Below are positions 1 through 8,807 of a stretch of 64,000 nt of DNA, piece after piece. Each line of letters begins with the position of its first letter. The stretch's first letter is position 1. The stretch spans positions 70,892 to 134,891 of the forward strand of contig JAUQWQ010000158.1 in the NCBI GenBank assembly GCA_030835085.1. Direction: 5' to 3'. Below the pieces are notes generated by a model. The model ran no database searches. It had not been told where the DNA came from and saw only the letters and a program-made list of their open reading frames with translations. The stretch is from Ignavibacteria bacterium (GTDB taxonomy: Bacteria; Bacteroidota; Ignavibacteria; Tepidaquicellales; OLB5). A program made the position numbers and the translations under genes.

Positions 1-67
1 AAAAAAATGATCCTGGCAAAGTAACATTTTTCATTAAAAGAATACAAAATTTAATCAGGAAAAATAG

Positions 68-1345
68 ATGATAAAAAACTTAATTTTAGTATTACTAATA
101 TTGCCCTCAATAGCTGTATCGCAGTATAAAAATATTAAAGTTAACTCTATTAACAACAATCCTGAAGAAGTTTCTATTGCAATTAACCCCCGGCATCCCA
201 ATAACCTGGTTGCCGGGGCTAATATTAATAATTACTACTATTCATTTGATGGCGGCATCACGTGGGTTAACAAAGAAATTTCAGACAGCAAAAACGGTGT
301 ATGGGGTGACCCGGTTCTGATCTTTGATAATAACGGCGCAGCTTATTTCTTCCACCTTTCAAGACCATCTAACAGCCAGTGGATAGACAGAATTGTCTGC
401 CAGAAATCAATCGATGGCGGAATGACTTACGGGGATCCCGGAACATATATGGGGCTAAATCCCCCGAAAAAACAGGATAAACCCTGGGCATGCGTTGATA
501 ACACTGAAAGCAAATGGCGGAATAACATTTATGTTACATGGACCCAGTTTGATGCATATGACAGCCACAGGCCGGAGGATCTTTCCAATATATTGTTTTC
601 TTTCAGCTCAGATGCAGGCGGCTCCTGGAGTAATGCATTAAGGATAAATAAAATATCCGGTGACTGCGTTGACTCATCAAACACCACAGAAGGCGCTGTT
701 CCCTGTGTTGGTCCAAACGGTGAGATATTTGTAAGCTGGTCTGCTCATGATAAGCTGTATTTCGATAGATCACTTGATGGCGGCGCAACATGGCTTGATG
801 ATGATATTGTTGCAGGCTCACAATACGGAGGATGGGTTTACGATATTGAAGGTATATTCAGGTGTAACGGTCTGCCGATTACACAGTGTGATATCAGCAA
901 TTCACCTCATAAAGGAACTATATATATCAATTATTCCGATAAAACTAACGGCGAAAAGGATGTTGATATTTTTGTAATTAAATCTACAGATGCCGGAAAT
1001 ACATGGAGCAGTCCGATTCGTGTGAATGATGACCCTGTTGGAAACGGCAAACACCAATTTATGAGCTGGATGACGGTTGATCCCATTACTGGTTCGGTTA
1101 ACATAATCTATTATGATAGAAGAAATTACGATGACTCTAGCACAGATGTTTACCTTGCAAGATCAACTGATGGCGGCACAACATTTGAGAACGTAAGGAT
1201 TTCGGAATCACCTTTCACACCTGTGAAGAGTGTATTCTTCGGTGACTATATCGGCGTTAATTCATACAATGATTTTACCGCCTGCATCTGGCAAAGGCTT
1301 GATAAAGGCAAACTGAGTGTTATATACGCCGGCAACAAATATTAA
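68..1345 (+). CDS. Secreted BNR/Asp-box repeat (sialidase-like beta-propeller) protein
   Basis: N-terminal signal peptide; six Asp-box motifs (SFDGGITW, SIDGGMTY, SSDAGGSW, SLDGGATW, STDAGNTW, STDGGTTF); C-terminal FFGDYI motif. Confidence 0.8.
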   Translation: MIKNLILVLLILPSIAVSQYKNIKVNSINNNPEEVSIAINPRHPNNLVAGANINNYYYSFDGGITWVNKEISDSKNGVWGDPVLIFDNNGAAYFFHLSRPSNSQWIDRIVCQKSIDGGMTYGDPGTYMGLNPPKKQDKPWACVDNTESKWRNNIYVTWTQFDAYDSHRPEDLSNILFSFSSDAGGSWSNALRINKISGDCVDSSNTTEGAVPCVGPNGEIFVSWSAHDKLYFDRSLDGGATWLDDDIVAGSQYGGWVYDIEGIFRCNGLPITQCDISNSPHKGTIYINYSDKTNGEKDVDIFVIKSTDAGNTWSSPIRVNDDPVGNGKHQFMSWMTVDPITGSVNIIYYDRRNYDDSSTDVYLARSTDGGTTFENVRISESPFTPVKSVFFGDYIGVNSYNDFTACIWQRLDKGKLSVIYAGNKY

Positions 1346-1380
1346 TTACATTTTACTCAATAAGTACTAAAACTTTATAA

Positions 1381-3162
1381 ATGGCAGAAGAACTTTTTCC
1401 TGAACATGATGGCTTCCTTGTAACAGCAAGAAAATGGAGACCCGGACAGTTTGATGATGTAACTTCACAGGAATTCATCACCAAAACGCTGCGCAATGCG
1501 ATAAAAAATAACAGGATATCGCATGCGTACCTGTTTTCAGGTCCAAGAGGCGTTGGTAAAACCACCGTTGCCAGGCTTCTGGCGAAATCACTGAACTGCA
1601 CCGACCGCCAGCCCAACGGCGAGCCATGCAATAAGTGTGATAGCTGCAGGGAAATTACCAATGATAACCGCAATCACCCCGATGTATTCGAAATTGACGG
1701 CGCTTCTAACAGGAATATTGAAGACGTACGTGAGCTTAAGGAAAAAGTAAAATACGGACCGGTTCGGTCTAAGTACAAAATATTCATTATAGATGAAGTG
1801 CATATGTTAACCGGTGCCTCTTTTAACGCACTGTTAAAGACGCTTGAAGAACCGCCGCCGTATGTTGTGTTCATTTTCGCCACCACTTCACCTGAGAAAG
1901 TACCGCTTACAATTCTTGGCAGGTGTCAGAAATTCGATTTCAAAAGGCTTACAATTGATGAAATTTCATCCAGGTTAAAATTCATCGCAGGTGAAGAGAA
2001 AATAAAAGTTGATAACGAATCACTTTTTTTCATAGCAAAAAAAGGCGATGGCTCAATGCGCGACGCACAGGGATTATTTGATATGTCAGCCGCTTACTGC
2101 GATAATGATATATCATTTGAAAAACTAAAATCCTTCTTTAATCTCGCACAAAGCGACGTTTACTTTACTATCTCAGACCTGGTTAAAATTAAGGACGCTA
2201 AAGGGTTACTGAATTACTTCGACAGCCTTATGGATAAAGGCTACGATATGCAGATATTCCTTGACGGTCTTACCGAACATTACAGGAATCTGCTTATAGT
2301 ATGTTCAACAGGTTCCGCGGAGCTTATAATAGAATCAGAATCCGTAAAGCAGAAGTACTCGGAAAATATCAGCAAGTTTACACAGCTTGAGATAATAAAC
2401 TCATTGAAGCTTATTCTGCAAACTGAATACACCTTCAAGTATTCCTCCAATCAGCGTACACTGATAGAAGCCCTGCTTGTTGAGCTCATTAAATTCACGG
2501 ATACCCGCGATATTTCGCAGATACTAGAAGAACTTAAGGAACTTGGCTCAGGCAGTTATACCGGCGGCAGCAAAAATACAGGCACTATACAGTCCGCCAG
2601 CCGTGTAAGCACTCCGCTGAAGAATGAAACTAAGGTACAGGTAACTTATGAACAATCCGCCCCTAAACAGGCTGCCGGTAAAACCGAACCGGTGAGTATT
2701 TTGCAGGCAGTAAACGAAAACCCGGCCCCTGCAGTAAACTTTGAAAGTGCCGAAGGCGACCTGAACACGCACTGGCTGAGCATTAAGGACCAGATAAAGA
2801 CAGAACGCAAATGGGTATACAGCATTATTAAGGATACTACATTTGAACAGGATGAAAAACGGAACTTGCTTATACGCGTTGATGATACTTCCTTCGAGCT
2901 GATTGACGGTTACAGGGATTACCTTGCGGGAAAGATATCGAAATATTTCGGGCAATCACTGAGTGTAGGGCTTGTTAAAAGTTCCGAGTTCATATCAAGT
3001 CATTCCGGAACACATTATGAAGAAAGTGAAACACATCAACCGGAAGAATTCGAAGCCGGAGAATCAAGGAAAGCTGCGCAACCGGATAATTTCGATAAGA
3101 TCAGAAGCATATTAATCAAAGATTTCCACGGAAAAGAAATTAACACAAAAGATATCAACTGA
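1381..3162 (+). CDS. dnaX: DNA polymerase III subunit gamma/tau
   Basis: ARKWRP, HAYLFSGPRGVGKTT Walker A, PCNKCDSC zinc module, EIDGASNR, IIDEVHML, FNALLKTLEEPP. Confidence 0.97.
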   Translation: MAEELFPEHDGFLVTARKWRPGQFDDVTSQEFITKTLRNAIKNNRISHAYLFSGPRGVGKTTVARLLAKSLNCTDRQPNGEPCNKCDSCREITNDNRNHPDVFEIDGASNRNIEDVRELKEKVKYGPVRSKYKIFIIDEVHMLTGASFNALLKTLEEPPPYVVFIFATTSPEKVPLTILGRCQKFDFKRLTIDEISSRLKFIAGEEKIKVDNESLFFIAKKGDGSMRDAQGLFDMSAAYCDNDISFEKLKSFFNLAQSDVYFTISDLVKIKDAKGLLNYFDSLMDKGYDMQIFLDGLTEHYRNLLIVCSTGSAELIIESESVKQKYSENISKFTQLEIINSLKLILQTEYTFKYSSNQRTLIEALLVELIKFTDTRDISQILEELKELGSGSYTGGSKNTGTIQSASRVSTPLKNETKVQVTYEQSAPKQAAGKTEPVSILQAVNENPAPAVNFESAEGDLNTHWLSIKDQIKTERKWVYSIIKDTTFEQDEKRNLLIRVDDTSFELIDGYRDYLAGKISKYFGQSLSVGLVKSSEFISSHSGTHYEESETHQPEEFEAGESRKAAQPDNFDKIRSILIKDFHGKEINTKDIN

Positions 3163-4058
3163 TGTCAAATAACCAACACAAAACTCTGCCTTTAAAAAAG
3201 AACTTTCTTGCAATTGAAAAGGAATTTTCATCTTATGATAACTCCAATGTAGTGATACTTTCTGCACCATATGAGAAAACCACATCATATGGTAAGGGTA
3301 CCGCAAAAGGTCCCGGTGCGATACTTGAAGCATCACACTACGTGGAATTTTTTGATGAGGAGACCGAAAAAGAGGTGTGTTTTGATATAGGCATTGCCGC
3401 TATAGAACCTATGAAATTCGGCAAACTAAGCGGAAAAAAGGCACTGGAGCTCATATACCACCATGTGAATAAACACATTAAGAACGGTAAATTTGTAATT
3501 ACTCTTGGCGGCGAGCATTCCATAAGCACCGCGCCTATAAAAGCACATTTTGATAATTACCAGGAGTTGTCAATCCTCCATTTTGATGCGCATTCAGACT
3601 TACGCGAACAATACGAAGGCTCGAAGTACTCACATGCCTCATTTGCAGCCCGAGTCTCGGAATTCACAACCAATATTACACAGGTGGGTATTCGTGCACA
3701 GTGTAAAGAAGAATTTGAGTTCATTAAAGCAAAAGGCATAAACACATTTTACGCCTTCCAAATGCGAAATGAAGGGTTTGATCATAATCTTATTGAGAAA
3801 ATCCTTGGGACACTTAAGAAAAATGTTTACATAACATTTGATGTTGATTACTTTGATCCTTCAATAATGCCCTCAACCGGTACCCCCGAGCCCAACGGTT
3901 TTTATTGGGATGAGACAATGCGTCTGCTGAAGAAAGTCTGTGCTGAGAGAAATCTGGTAGGATTTGATGTAGTTGAATTAGCTCCCCAAAAGAATTATAC
4001 ATTCCCTGATTTCCTCACTGCAAAATTGATATACAAGATATTAAATTATAAGTTTTAG
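3162..4058 (+). CDS. speB: Agmatinase (ureohydrolase family)
   Basis: LGGEHSI, HFDAHSDL, TFDVDYFDPS, TGTPEP, GFDVVELAP; start overlaps the dnaX stop. Confidence 0.9.
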   Translation: MSNNQHKTLPLKKNFLAIEKEFSSYDNSNVVILSAPYEKTTSYGKGTAKGPGAILEASHYVEFFDEETEKEVCFDIGIAAIEPMKFGKLSGKKALELIYHHVNKHIKNGKFVITLGGEHSISTAPIKAHFDNYQELSILHFDAHSDLREQYEGSKYSHASFAARVSEFTTNITQVGIRAQCKEEFEFIKAKGINTFYAFQMRNEGFDHNLIEKILGTLKKNVYITFDVDYFDPSIMPSTGTPEPNGFYWDETMRLLKKVCAERNLVGFDVVELAPQKNYTFPDFLTAKLIYKILNYKF

Positions 4059-4082
4059 AATTTATGTAAAACAGAGTTATAA

Positions 4083-4110
4083 AGAACAAGGGGCTTTGAG
4101 CCCCTTGTTT
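4083..4110. terminator. Hairpin between convergent speB and TPR genes (bidirectional terminator / REP-like)
   Basis: AACAAGGGGC-TTTGA-GCCCCTTGTT followed by a T run. Confidence 0.65.
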
Positions 4111-4142
4111 TGCTGAAATACGTCCACTTCTTCAAACTTTCC

Positions 4143-5717
4143 TTACCAGCTATACCCATTTGATTTAAGCCACTCCTTAGCATCATTATCACCCAGTCTT
4201 GCAGCACTTTGGAAGCTCCCTGCTGCCTTTTCCTTGCTGCCTGAACCAACGAATGCTACACCCATATTATAGAACCCAAATGCAGAATTCGGATTTATCT
4301 CCACAGCCTTCTGGAAATCAATGATCGCTCGTGAGTAATCTTTCATTTCATTATAAATATATCCCCTGTTAACCAGCGCTTTTTCAAATGCGGGATTCAG
4401 CTCAATTGCTTTTGTGTATTCTTTTATAGCTGACTTATACTCATTAATTTCAGTGTAAGCCCTCCCCCGCTGGTAATAAGCTTCCGCAGAAGATGGATCC
4501 AGTTCAACTGCCCTGTTAAATTGCTCCAGGGCTGCTGAAAAACTTTTATTATCATATTCAACGAGACCTTTATTAATAAAATCTTCCGCAGTTGGTTGAT
4601 AGACCGGTTGTTTAATTTCTTCCGGTATCAGCTCTTCCTTTTTAATTTCCTGAACCGGCTCTTCTTTAATATCAACCGCAACAGTTTCTTCCGTTTTAGC
4701 CTCAGGCAGGGGTTCTTCAATTTTTGTTTCCGGTATGAACTCCTCTTTCTTTACTTGGGCAACCGGTTCTTCCGGCTGTACCTCTGTTATATTTACTTCA
4801 CTCTTAACTTCAGTTGCCGTTTCTTCTGTTTTGAGCTCAGGAGTCTGTTCGTTTTTTGATACTTCCGGCATGGGTTCTTTTCGTATCTCTTTGCCGGGGA
4901 CATCAAATTTAACATTTGCAATCGGCTCTTCAGTCTTTACTTCTGTTGCCTGCTCTTCCTTTTTAACTTCAATTATAGGTTCTTCTTTCTTAACTTCCGT
5001 TACCGGTGCTTCCGTCTTTACTTCGGTTACAGGTTCTTCCTTTTTGATTTCAGTTACAGGTACCTCAGTTACAGGTATTTCCGATTTAACTTCAGTAATT
5101 GGTTCTTCCTTCTTAACTTCTGTTACGGGTAAGTCAGATTTAATTTCAGTTACAGGTTCTTCTTTTTTGACTTCCTGTGATATTTCTAATTTGTTCTCAC
5201 TTTTCAGCTTATCAAGTCTTTCAGTTGCATCGGCAAAATCGGGTTTTAGCTCAAGCGTCTTTTTATAATCATTTGCTGCATTAGTAAAATCATCTTTTGC
5301 CAGATAACCATTACCTCTCAGATAATAAGCTTCATAGCCGGCAGGGTTCAGTTCAGTAACCTTTGTGAAATTCTCAATAGCCGCAGCATAATCTTTCAAT
5401 TCATAATTCACCTGTCCAAGGTTCATATATGAGACTTCACTTTTTGGATTAAGTTTAATAGTTTTTAAATAATCGTTTTTCGCCATGCCAAGATTATTCA
5501 GCTTCCTGTAAACATTCCCCCTTTTCAAATACGCGTCAGCATATTTTGCATCTACTCCTATTGCCAGAGTATAATATGTTATTGCCTCATCATAGCTGTT
5601 CGATTTCTCAGATTCCATGCCGGAATTGTAAAACATAACCGCGTCTTTATCCTGAGAAAAAAGATAATTAAATGGAATAATACAAATAGCGAAAATAACC
5701 AGTATAGTCTTTTTCAT
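4143..5717 (-). CDS. Secreted TPR-repeat protein with central Glu/Pro/Lys-rich repeat linker
   Basis: Signal peptide; N- and C-terminal TPR clusters (AYLKRG, AYYLRG, AYYQRG, ALVNRG); central EEPVTEVKK-like repeats. Confidence 0.85.
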   Translation of the reverse strand: MKKTILVIFAICIIPFNYLFSQDKDAVMFYNSGMESEKSNSYDEAITYYTLAIGVDAKYADAYLKRGNVYRKLNNLGMAKNDYLKTIKLNPKSEVSYMNLGQVNYELKDYAAAIENFTKVTELNPAGYEAYYLRGNGYLAKDDFTNAANDYKKTLELKPDFADATERLDKLKSENKLEISQEVKKEEPVTEIKSDLPVTEVKKEEPITEVKSEIPVTEVPVTEIKKEEPVTEVKTEAPVTEVKKEEPIIEVKKEEQATEVKTEEPIANVKFDVPGKEIRKEPMPEVSKNEQTPELKTEETATEVKSEVNITEVQPEEPVAQVKKEEFIPETKIEEPLPEAKTEETVAVDIKEEPVQEIKKEELIPEEIKQPVYQPTAEDFINKGLVEYDNKSFSAALEQFNRAVELDPSSAEAYYQRGRAYTEINEYKSAIKEYTKAIELNPAFEKALVNRGYIYNEMKDYSRAIIDFQKAVEINPNSAFGFYNMGVAFVGSGSKEKAAGSFQSAARLGDNDAKEWLKSNGYSW

Positions 5718-5841
5718 AGCCCCGTCAGTTTTTGATTTATACTAAATTAATATATAATTGCTAAAACTGCACTACCAGAAATAGGTTTACGGTTGGGATA
5801 TCTTAGCTAAATAAAGGTCTGATTGTTAGAGCCGTATAAAC

Positions 5842-5868
5842 AAACAAGGGGCAACAGCCCCTTGTTCT
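5842..5868. repeat. Second copy of the AACAAGGGGC..GCCCCTTGTT hairpin, downstream of tRNA-Ser
   Basis: Same 10-bp arms as 4083-4110 with a different loop. Confidence 0.65.
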
Positions 5869-5874
5869 AACTTC

Positions 5875-5952
5875 TGCGGAGAGGGAGGGATTCCTCCGAA
5901 AGGAGTCCCTTTGGGAGAACCCTCGATAGAAGGTGACCTCCTATGAAGGTTT
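5875..5952 (-). pseudogene. Degenerate duplicate of the tRNA-Ser 3' half with a 23-nt insertion in the T-loop
   Basis: Matches 6023-6077 (TGCGGAGAGGGAGGGATTC|GAACCCTCGATAGA...) with 5894-5916 inserted. Confidence 0.8.
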
Positions 5953-6024
5953 TGTCCCGATGTCCCGGGTTTGCTTTGGTCCAATAAAAAAGCAAGTATT
6001 TGCATACTTGCCTTAAAATGCTTG

Positions 6025-6114
6025 CGGAGAGGGAGGGATTCGAACCCTCGATAGAGGTTGACCCCCTATGACGGTTTAGCAAACCGTTGGTTTGAGCCAC
6101 TCACCCACCTCTCC
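6025..6114 (-). tRNA. tRNA-Ser(GCT)
   Basis: GGAGAGG acceptor stem, anticodon arm ACGGT-TTGCTAA-ACCGT, long variable arm, GGTTCGAATCC T arm; CCA not encoded. Confidence 0.96.
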
Positions 6115-6203
6115 GAGTTTGTATTTGGCTCAATAGACTGCAAATTTACAAATTATATTGATTTTAATAAAGGGTAAGATTTTTCCAAAATTCAGGGATA
6201 ATA

Positions 6204-6230
6204 AGTGTCAGGTCAGAGACCTGACACTAC
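6204..6230 (-). repeat. GTAG-type REP-like palindrome
   Basis: Minus strand reads GTAG-TGTCAGGTC-TCT-GACCTGACA-CT. Confidence 0.7.
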
Positions 6231-6240
6231 AGGGTAAGAT

Positions 6241-7530
6241 CTACTTCTTAAAATCTACATACATATCCTCAAAATTGAGTATCATTTCCGAAAATTCGCC
6301 CATGTAATCCTGTCCAAGGTTGCCAAAATAGCCTTTATCGTGATCTTTAATATTCTCAGCTATAACCCGCACTTCGCTTAGCTTTAGTTTAGAGTTTCCG
6401 ATCTTAAGCAGGAGTTCTTCGATCCTGAATCCCTTAACTTTTACTGTACCTCCGGCGCCGCCAAATTCAATATCCTCTGCTTCATATTTGCTTTCTATCT
6501 TCGCCTTGTTTCGCAGGTAATATGATGAGTAAAGCATGGTTGCCTTGGCGCCTGTATCAAAAGTAAATGCAAGTGAATCACTTCCGTCAATAACTTCAAT
6601 CGAGGGAATGAATCCATCTATCAGCATGTTGACAAGTGTTCCCGGTGTTTTTTGTTTGGGAATAAATATCTTTTCACTTCTAATATGAACTTCCTTCATT
6701 TCTTTTATCACCGGTAGTCCGATAATACCGTTTATCACATATAGTCCGCCTGCAAAACTTAATGATTCATCCGGCATTACAAGGAACAGTACATTGCTTA
6801 ATTTTACACTGCCAATTTCAAGCAGTTCCGCGTACGCAAGCCGTGATTTTATCATTTTTCCGGTAACCGAACCCACCTCGATTTTTCCTTCAAGCATTTT
6901 TAGCTTCATCTTTTTCGCATAAGTATCGTTCACCACCGAAAAATTCGCACCTGTATCAAAAATGAACTCCTCATTTACTCCCCCGCATTTAACGGGAATA
7001 TTTATCAGCCCTGCCAGGTCTTTTTTAAAAGGGATCTTTGAGTCCCCCTTAAATTCTGCACCCTGTTTTTGAATATTCTCAGCAGCCTTCCATATCACCA
7101 TTGAATTCCTGGTATCAACATCTTCTGCGGAATCAAGCAATGATGCGTAGTTCTGCAGTATATATTCCGTACAGAAAAGTGCATCTTTATAATCAAACAT
7201 GTTGACTGAATTCTTTATTCTGGTTTCATAAAGCAGCAACTTCAGTGAATCCAAAATGCTCTCTGAATGTTTTTCAATCAGCTGGTTAATAACAGTATTT
7301 GATTCAGCATTTTTGTGTCTCAGATTCAGTATCAGAGCATTTAAATACAGTTTTTCCCACTCACTCAGCACCGGGTTATCATAATTATCAGCAAACCTGA
7401 ACAGGTCCTTGTTCTCGTGCAGCATCAGTATTGTGTTGAACTCCCCGCCAGCAGAGTGTTTAGCTGAAAAAGCATTTTCGGAAAGAATGCTGCCCGTTAA
7501 AACTACCATCAATATAATTGTTAGTTTCAT
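6241..7530 (-). CDS. Secreted aspartyl protease with two retropepsin-like domains
   Basis: FIFDTGA and FTFDTGA catalytic motifs, GIIGL and GNLGQD; start placed at MKLTII signal peptide (7530) rather than 7629. Confidence 0.85.
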   Translation of the reverse strand: MKLTIILMVVLTGSILSENAFSAKHSAGGEFNTILMLHENKDLFRFADNYDNPVLSEWEKLYLNALILNLRHKNAESNTVINQLIEKHSESILDSLKLLLYETRIKNSVNMFDYKDALFCTEYILQNYASLLDSAEDVDTRNSMVIWKAAENIQKQGAEFKGDSKIPFKKDLAGLINIPVKCGGVNEEFIFDTGANFSVVNDTYAKKMKLKMLEGKIEVGSVTGKMIKSRLAYAELLEIGSVKLSNVLFLVMPDESLSFAGGLYVINGIIGLPVIKEMKEVHIRSEKIFIPKQKTPGTLVNMLIDGFIPSIEVIDGSDSLAFTFDTGAKATMLYSSYYLRNKAKIESKYEAEDIEFGGAGGTVKVKGFRIEELLLKIGNSKLKLSEVRVIAENIKDHDKGYFGNLGQDYMGEFSEMILNFEDMYVDFKK

Positions 7531-7612
7531 AGTATTATTATTTATATGTACAAAGTTAATTAATTGATAAGGGTAAGTATTGTAAAAAAACGACACTGCC
7601 TGAAAAAAACAT

Positions 7613-8425
7613 TCAGATAAGTTTTTCAAGATTAATTTTCTTCTGCCTGGTTACATACTTACAGGGAAGCATCCCTGTAAATTCTTTGAATTCGCGGTAA
7701 TAATGCGACTGGTCGTAGTAGCCTGATTCAACCAGAACATCAAAATGACGAAAGTCGTTTTTCATCAGTTTCCTGGTTACGTTATGAAATCTCACAATTC
7801 TGCAGAATTCCTTCGGTGAAAGTCCTGTCCTCATATGGAATTTTCGCTGGAACTGCCTGGGGCTGATATCCAGACACGGGTAAAAATCTTCAAGCTTGAT
7901 ATTACCTTTGCTCGATATCATTTTTCCTATCATATCAGAAATTTCATCTTCCGCAGGCGGGCATTTCGCTTCATACTTTGCTCTCAGGAATTCATTAATA
8001 ATACTGATCCTATCCTTAATACTATTACTGTTTTTGGTTTCTGATCTTATTTTATTGAACAATGGAACTGGAAAAAGATCTCTCAGATTCACGCCCTTAT
8101 TTATAGTCAATTCACAATCTATACCAAACAAGTGCTGTCCTGCAGCAGTAACAAATCTATATCCAATTACTGTGAGATGAGGAGATATTTTGAAAGGAAC
8201 ATTCTGCGTATTTGGGCCTGAAAGGAAAATTGCTGTATTTTTTAAATTGCGCGGGAAAATAAATATGAGGGTGGTTGTAAAATCAGTAGTTAAATGGAAG
8301 TGTTTATCATTACCTGAAATGGATGCTGTTCCAAAAATCCATATCTTATCAACAACATGCTTCAAATCAACGGGCGGCGTTAACTCTTTGTATCTATAGC
8401 TTGTTTTAGGATTGATATCTGTCAT
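7613..8425 (-). CDS. AraC-family transcriptional regulator
   Basis: C-terminal ISPRQFQRKF...GLSPKEF...GYYDQSHYYREFKEFTG double HTH. Confidence 0.9.
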   Translation of the reverse strand: MTDINPKTSYRYKELTPPVDLKHVVDKIWIFGTASISGNDKHFHLTTDFTTTLIFIFPRNLKNTAIFLSGPNTQNVPFKISPHLTVIGYRFVTAAGQHLFGIDCELTINKGVNLRDLFPVPLFNKIRSETKNSNSIKDRISIINEFLRAKYEAKCPPAEDEISDMIGKMISSKGNIKLEDFYPCLDISPRQFQRKFHMRTGLSPKEFCRIVRFHNVTRKLMKNDFRHFDVLVESGYYDQSHYYREFKEFTGMLPCKYVTRQKKINLEKLI

Positions 8426-8477
8426 TTGCCCAAATTAGCAATAAGGGCAAACAAAAAAAATGTAAAGGTTATTACAG

Positions 8478-8684
8478 TTAATAATCCATGAACCGGAATC
8501 GTTTTTCAAGTAAAACAGGATCTGCAATTTCAGAAACAGGGTCATTATCCATTGCTGAATCAAAATTATGTATCATTTTCTCCATATGTAAGCTGTTATC
8601 CCTTGGTCTGCGAATCTTACTGATCTCTTTTTCAAGAGCATTTAATCTGTTTTCAAGTTCTTCAAGAAAAGATATTTCTTCCAT
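8478..8684 (-). CDS. Small hypothetical protein with coiled-coil N-terminus (start uncertain)
   Basis: Fills the gap in a co-oriented gene run; LEELENRLNALEKEI heptads. Confidence 0.45.
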   Translation of the reverse strand: MEEISFLEELENRLNALEKEISKIRRPRDNSLHMEKMIHNFDSAMDNDPVSEIADPVLLEKRFRFMDY

Positions 8685-8807
8685 TTTCGTAAAAGTATTA
8701 TTTTTGAATAACATTAATTTTAAATTTCCGGGTAATAATATCAAACCTATCTTCGCAAGAGCTGAACTGCTATAAATTACTGCTATATTAAATGTGGGGA
8801 CAATTAA

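Noticed and set aside
2450-2780. Programmed -1 frameshift in dnaX producing gamma
   Set aside because: No A-AAA-AAG or long A-run slippery site with a downstream hairpin seen in the linker
4735-5268. 177-aa Ser/Thr-rich plus-strand ORF
   Set aside because: Antisense reading of the TPR gene's repeat linker
5867-6100. 77-aa ORF over the tRNA-Ser region
   Set aside because: Shadow ORF made of tRNA and tRNA-duplicate sequence
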